DNA of 62,971 nucleotides, the filler included, from Nitrospinae bacterium RIFCSPLOWO2_12_FULL_45_22 (GTDB lineage: Bacteria > 2-12-FULL-45-22): the NCBI GenBank assembly GCA_001803565.1. It is 7 parts of 7 records of this genome, joined end to end, with 100 filler letters (N's around TTAATTAATTAA, not from the genome) between each part and the next. Parts side by side here need not be neighbours in the genome. Positions count along the whole stretch, not along the records: positions 55,764 to 62,971 come from MHDQ01000088.1; 6 more parts are not named here. One strand, given 5' to 3'. This document shows positions 58,566-62,971 of this stretch, piece by piece (the first letter of the stretch is position 1; each line of letters begins with the position of its first letter). The notes under the pieces were generated by a model, which saw nothing but the letters and a program-made list of their open reading frames with translations, was not told the origin of the DNA and searched no databases. The translations under genes were made by a program, and so were the position numbers.

Positions 58566-59837
58566 TTAGGTACTGCGTTGGGCTGCCAGCATCTTAAAGT
58601 ATTCTGCCAGGGTAGCCTTCATCTGGGCATCTGATACTATCCTGGGGTCCCCGGCATCATCCTCTACTATTACCGTCGGTACCCCCAGATACTCCCTCAC
58701 AGCATCAGAGACTACCCGGATCAGGCCGCAGCCTTGCTTACAGCCAAAATTGGCGAAATATATGGAGGCATTACAGCCATACTCCTTTGCCCGCTCGGCC
58801 AGCTCAATAGACCGCTCAGTATAGGGGGCACAGAAGGCCCGGGCACCCATATTACTTATCAATGCTTTACGGGCCAAGGCCTCCAGGGGATCACCGGAGG
58901 TATCTACCGGGGTGCTCAGGAAGCGGGTATGGAGGTCAGAAACTAGCACTGCCCCGAATTCCTTCTCCATCCAGTCAAATATCGGCATGTCCCAGAAGGG
59001 ATAAGCCCCATTGACTAATACCCGGAAACGCTCGTTAGGGACCGCACCTTCACCCTGCTCCGCCTTCTCCAGGGTCTCTTCATAGTATGCCTTCATAAAT
59101 TCAACCGTCTCAGGCATCCCTTCACTGAACATCCGTATACCAAATGAAGAGAAAGAATCGCGCCCTCCCAGGGGTGTAGGGACCCTAGCCCGCAGGGCAT
59201 GGGCCTTTAAATAATAGTCATGGGCTTCTTTAGAGTTATTCAGGAATTCCCTCAGCTTCTCTGGGTCGTATTTAAGACCGGTCTGTCCTTCTACAAAGGT
59301 GATCAGGTCTTCCAACTCCGCCTTTAGGGCCCGCATACCGGCATCATCGTACCGGTAGGGCAGATTCAGGAAATATATAGGGGACTGATAGATATGGACC
59401 AGGTTCTCGATCATCACCGCCGATGAGTCGCAAGGCGACTGGGCCGTGGCAACAATAAAATCGGGCTTAGGCAGGATCCCTTCTAAGGCCAGACCTATCG
59501 TGGCCTTCTGAGGAGAACAACCTTCCTTAGGGAAACCATAAGCCTCTCCTTTATCAATATAGTCAAGGCCCAAGCCGGAAGCTATGAGTTGGATAGCATA
59601 CTGCTCCGCAGCAAAGGTCACTACCCCCATGGACAAAAGGATCTCAGGATAGAAGAGGATACTGGTAATAGCTAAGGGCTTGCCCTGTTCCTGGGCCTCC
59701 TTTACCCGGGTATAGTAATCCATCATACACTGGGTATAGATCAGCTTACTGTGTGGCCGACCATGCGCCTCCTGCCACTCCAGCCTCTTCTGGAACCGCT
59801 CAATCATTGCCTCCATAGTCAGTTCTTCTCTTCCCAT
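58566..59837 (-). CDS. 2-hydroxyacyl-CoA dehydratase family ~420-aa subunit
   Basis: PEILLSMG, GCS, SPCD, FVEGQTG, NFGCKQGC. Confidence 0.88.
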   Translation of the reverse strand: MGREELTMEAMIERFQKRLEWQEAHGRPHSKLIYTQCMMDYYTRVKEAQEQGKPLAITSILFYPEILLSMGVVTFAAEQYAIQLIASGLGLDYIDKGEAYGFPKEGCSPQKATIGLALEGILPKPDFIVATAQSPCDSSAVMIENLVHIYQSPIYFLNLPYRYDDAGMRALKAELEDLITFVEGQTGLKYDPEKLREFLNNSKEAHDYYLKAHALRARVPTPLGGRDSFSSFGIRMFSEGMPETVEFMKAYYEETLEKAEQGEGAVPNERFRVLVNGAYPFWDMPIFDWMEKEFGAVLVSDLHTRFLSTPVDTSGDPLEALARKALISNMGARAFCAPYTERSIELAERAKEYGCNASIYFANFGCKQGCGLIRVVSDAVREYLGVPTVIVEDDAGDPRIVSDAQMKATLAEYFKMLAAQRST

Positions 59838-60023
59838 CGCTCATTCCTCCTCGGTTGGTGATTGGTTAATTGGTGAGTAGTTAATTTGACTTATTCAGAT
59901 GATCTGGTTTATCATTAAAGAGCTAAGAACAAAGAACCAAGATGTTTTGTCTTTGCTCTGTGCTCTTTGTTCTTTGCCAGGGTTGCTTAAATTTATTGCA
60001 TAGGAATTTTCATTTTAAGAAGA

Positions 60024-60122
60024 ATGACGCCTTTAACCATTTTTTTTATCATCATGGGCGTTACCATTACGGTCATAACCTATCTGGTAACCCGGGAGGA
60101 TCGGCGCCCGAAGCAGCGCTAG
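60024..60122 (+). CDS. Candidate 32-aa single-TM small protein
   Basis: Manual translation MTPLTIFFIIMGVTITVITYLVTREDRRPKQR*: hydrophobic helix followed by a basic tail; weak RBS. Confidence 0.4.
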   Translation: MTPLTIFFIIMGVTITVITYLVTREDRRPKQR

Positions 60123-60362
60123 GGGGCACAGCGGAACCCTACGCCATTGATCCGGGCATCAGGCGGTGCTACTACCTTCTTAAATCCGAAAACCGCTAAA
60201 AATATCTTTATCCTCCCTATCTTTCCTAGAGAGAGGGCTTTTTATTCTATTATGACGGTCCCATATGGGTCTTTTGCTCTCCAACTTGCACCCCCTAATG
60301 TCGGAACCAGATAATCGTAATGGCCCTTCTCCACAAAACGGAGGCTGGCAACTGAATGCTCT

Positions 60363-61421
60363 CTAAAAATTTATACTCCGTAAGAAATTTACCCCTTTCA
60401 GGATATTATCCCGGCTAACTGAGGGTCTTAGTTCCATAATCCGCAGGGTTGTAGGCTCCAGGTATTTTTTTATCATAGCATAATCTACCTGACCAAAAGA
60501 GGGGGCCAGGTGGTCTTTTACCATAGGCGATAAGCGGCCTGACTCGAGATAGCTCACATACTCCTCCTGCCCCAGGGCCATTATATCTAGCTCCTGATCA
60601 GGGTTGAGGGGGTTAATAGCGGCATCATGAATATGGACCCCTAAGAGCCGGGGTTTTAGTTCTTGCAGGAGCCCTTCATGCGACTGTATAAGGAGATAGT
60701 CTTGTAATTGGGCATGGCCGATATCGTGCCAGTAGCCAAGGCTGGACTGCGGACCGAACTGGCTGAAGATAGATTTAAGCTCCTCCAGATTAGGAACCTG
60801 CAAAAATACTGACCGGTTCTCTATTCCAAGCTTTATTCTTTTAGCTGAGGCATATTTATCCAACCTCTGCAGGCTATCTATTAATTCGGGCCAGAAATCC
60901 TCTTTCTTTTCCCGCCGCTTCTCCAGCAGGGGGTTTATATGGGCAAAATAGACCTCTGTACCTAAGCTATGTTCTATTACCCACCGGCGCATCTGGCCCG
61001 GGACATAGCCAACCTCAACTATGCCTAGATGGATAATGACTACTTGTGCCGCTATGGCTTGAGCAAAATCAATAGTCTTCTGGGTTAAGAGGATGGATTT
61101 TTCTCGTAGGAGGGGGTCTTTTGTGACCAGATCAATAGCTTCCCGGAAATAGTTATCATTAAATATAGGTCTATCCCGCTCTTCTTTGGGCTTAGGGCAA
61201 GGGTTATGGATGCTTGCGATTTTAAAGGCATTAAAGCCATCTGAGGCCTGGAGGAACTCTTCACATTGTACGTCACTTAGCCCATTCAACTCAATAATAT
61301 CAAAGCCTAAAGAATGGATCTCTTCTAATGCGGCCTTTATGCTATTGGTACGCCGTATATTCCAGCAAGTAGAAAAGCCATACAGTGCTACCGGAAAACC
61401 GCAGCAGTCAATCTTTATCAT
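60363..61421 (-). CDS. Sugar phosphate isomerase/epimerase (AP endonuclease 2 TIM barrel) family
   Basis: SIHNP, IIHLG, LGIENR, YWHDIGHA, VHIHD, DHLAP, ME metal-ligand pattern. Confidence 0.85.
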   Translation of the reverse strand: MIKIDCCGFPVALYGFSTCWNIRRTNSIKAALEEIHSLGFDIIELNGLSDVQCEEFLQASDGFNAFKIASIHNPCPKPKEERDRPIFNDNYFREAIDLVTKDPLLREKSILLTQKTIDFAQAIAAQVVIIHLGIVEVGYVPGQMRRWVIEHSLGTEVYFAHINPLLEKRREKKEDFWPELIDSLQRLDKYASAKRIKLGIENRSVFLQVPNLEELKSIFSQFGPQSSLGYWHDIGHAQLQDYLLIQSHEGLLQELKPRLLGVHIHDAAINPLNPDQELDIMALGQEEYVSYLESGRLSPMVKDHLAPSFGQVDYAMIKKYLEPTTLRIMELRPSVSRDNILKGVNFLRSINF

Positions 61422-62971
61422 AATACTTCTATAGCTAAAAGTAGAGGGGGGGACTGGCGGGTTTCAAACCAGTCTATCAACTCATCCACCAGATCCATTT
61501 TTAATTCATATTTGCCTGGTTCAACCGGTGCTTTAAGGGCGATAGTCATTGAAATCTCCTCGCCGGGAGAGATATCTTTGGGTAAGGCCGCCCGGGCATA
61601 TTCTTTATCCAGTATTTTACCTGTACTATCCGCCAGTTGCATGCCTAGCCGGACAAAGCCACCTTCTTCCCGCCAATCCTTCAGCCATAGCGTATCCCCG
61701 GTATTTTTTACCGAGATGGTTAACGGGAAGATTTGGCTGGCTGATATCTGCTCAGGCATATCCAACAACCGTATCTGGGTTTTTAACCGATGCGGTAACC
61801 GGCTGTCTATCCCTCTTTCCTTTTCTGGTTTGCGCTGGTAAGCGGTCAATACCGGGCTTTTAAGGATGAGATAGGTAATGGGGCGATAAGAAGCCAGGAA
61901 CTCCGTTCTGCTGGCCAATATGGGTAATGGCTCAATGATAAAGGTAGGCCTCTGGGCCAGGATATAATCGGCATCATATTTCTCGTGCCCAGCAGCCCCT
62001 TGACCCATATTGAGCACGGGCTTATGGGCGATATAGAGATCATTGAGGCCCAGGCTATCCAGGCATCTTAGGCCAGAATAATACGGAATAGCGCCTGCAC
62101 CCAGTACTGCTACAGTATCCGTGCCAGAGGCATTCTGCTGGAGCCATTTCCCTACCTCTACCCGCTGCTTATCCGCCTTACCTATTATAAAGACGAAGTT
62201 ATATTCTCCTCTAACCGCACTGCCCCAATAAATGCCAGCGACTATCAGGATTATAAGAGGATAGCTTATTGCCTGGAGCATGCTGGGGGATACAGCTAGC
62301 TTATCTCGCAGGGCTAGATAGGTCTCTTTGAGCCCCAGGGCTATCAAGAGATAAATAATGGGTAGGAGCGGGACAAAGAACCGGCCAAAAGACCAGTCTC
62401 CTCCTACATAAACGATAAAGGCCAGATACGAGACCAGGCAGGCTATTAGATAGCTGCACCAGGTGGTAGACCAATATCTGAGGGCTGATATAAGGAGAAA
62501 ACCGATAAAGAAGTAATACCCATTATGCCCCTTAATGAATTGGCTGAGGTGTTGGAACCCGCGAGCAACCTGGTGCCAACCGCTACCTACCTTGACATAA
62601 AAGGTATTGGGCAAGGGATAACCATAGTATAAGTAGCGCCAGGTATAGTAAGGCAGATAAAGGGTCATAAAGACAGCCAGACCGATCAATGCCTGGGGTA
62701 TCTTATCCCTTTCTCCCTTTATCCAATGATAGATAATTTTGTGGCAAACCGTTACCCCGAAAACCAGCAACCCTTCGGGCCGGGTCAGGGCTGCCAGATA
62801 GAACATGACTACCCAGATGAGGGCAAAAAAAGGGCCTTTCGTTAAACTTTTTAGATAAGCCATAATACCAACAGTGACCAGCAAGGTAAAGAACAAGGTC
62901 TCCATCCCACTTACTGACCACCAGATAAAAGACCCATCGGCTATTAAGAACAGGATAGCCAACAGTCCAAC
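61418..62971 (-). CDS. GT-C-like membrane protein (arabinofuranosyltransferase-like) with a C-terminal Ig-like domain, 5' truncated
   Basis: SGMET, LTRPEG, YYGYPLPNTFYVK, GGDW..GRFF.P, AGAIPY, D.LGLND, GHEK; C-terminal VKNTG...W...PG.YEL..DLV. Confidence 0.75.
   Translation of the reverse strand, partial: VGLLAILFLIADGSFIWWSVSGMETLFFTLLVTVGIMAYLKSLTKGPFFALIWVVMFYLAALTRPEGLLVFGVTVCHKIIYHWIKGERDKIPQALIGLAVFMTLYLPYYTWRYLYYGYPLPNTFYVKVGSGWHQVARGFQHLSQFIKGHNGYYFFIGFLLISALRYWSTTWCSYLIACLVSYLAFIVYVGGDWSFGRFFVPLLPIIYLLIALGLKETYLALRDKLAVSPSMLQAISYPLIILIVAGIYWGSAVRGEYNFVFIIGKADKQRVEVGKWLQQNASGTDTVAVLGAGAIPYYSGLRCLDSLGLNDLYIAHKPVLNMGQGAAGHEKYDADYILAQRPTFIIEPLPILASRTEFLASYRPITYLILKSPVLTAYQRKPEKERGIDSRLPHRLKTQIRLLDMPEQISASQIFPLTISVKNTGDTLWLKDWREEGGFVRLGMQLADSTGKILDKEYARAALPKDISPGEEISMTIALKAPVEPGKYELKMDLVDELIDWFETRQSPPLLLAIEVL

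Noticed and set aside
60080-60180. ykkC/guanidine-type riboswitch
   Set aside because: TAGGGTTCCG is on the minus strand but CCCGGGAGG is on the plus strand, and the other conserved blocks are missing

Overview
The window is not contiguous. It holds seven assembly contigs joined by artificial 100-nt N-TTAATTAATTAA-N linkers (12108-12207, 19652-19751, 26917-27016, 40874-40973, 48283-48382, 55664-55763), plus one scaffold gap (10791-10816), so gene neighbourhoods mean something only within a contig. Gene content suggests a draft or metagenome-assembled anaerobic bacterium built around CoA-thioester and probably aromatic metabolism. Contig 1: tRNA-Leu followed by an island (SAM methyltransferase, frameshifted RadC, large N6-adenine DNA methyltransferase coupled to a PIN toxin, PIN-like remnant), a heterodimeric ABC exporter with an in-frame amber codon, and a CaiB/BaiF CoA-transferase. 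Contig 2: three xanthine-dehydrogenase-family Mo subunits (the two complete ones have Arg in place of the catalytic Glu) around a tungsten AOR-family gene. Contig 3: a ~3 kb integrase element on the 5' side of tRNA-Arg, then a tandem NifH-NifH fusion, an NTF2/SnoaL protein and NifB. Contig 4: a CoA-transferase, a duplicated TetR plus 2-hydroxyacyl-CoA dehydratase/benzoyl-CoA reductase-family array sharing one BzdP/BzdQ-like activator pair, tRNA-Pro, pcm and surE. Contig 5: MgtE-like and PhoU/TrkA-C genes, a ThDP decarboxylase and GlcD/GlcF. Contig 6: a surface polysaccharide cluster interrupted by a GxxExxY gene enclosed in inverted repeats. Contig 7: PHP protein, CoA-transferase, dehydratase-family subunit, TIM-barrel protein and GT-C-like membrane protein. 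Intergenic DNA is dense with nested REP, MITE-like and 7- or 9-mer periodic hairpin repeats. The best candidates for undescribed systems are the asymmetric single-chain NifH2-NTF2-NifB module, the methyltransferase-PIN pair and the GxxExxY repeat family. All family assignments come from motif recognition by eye; no searches were run.
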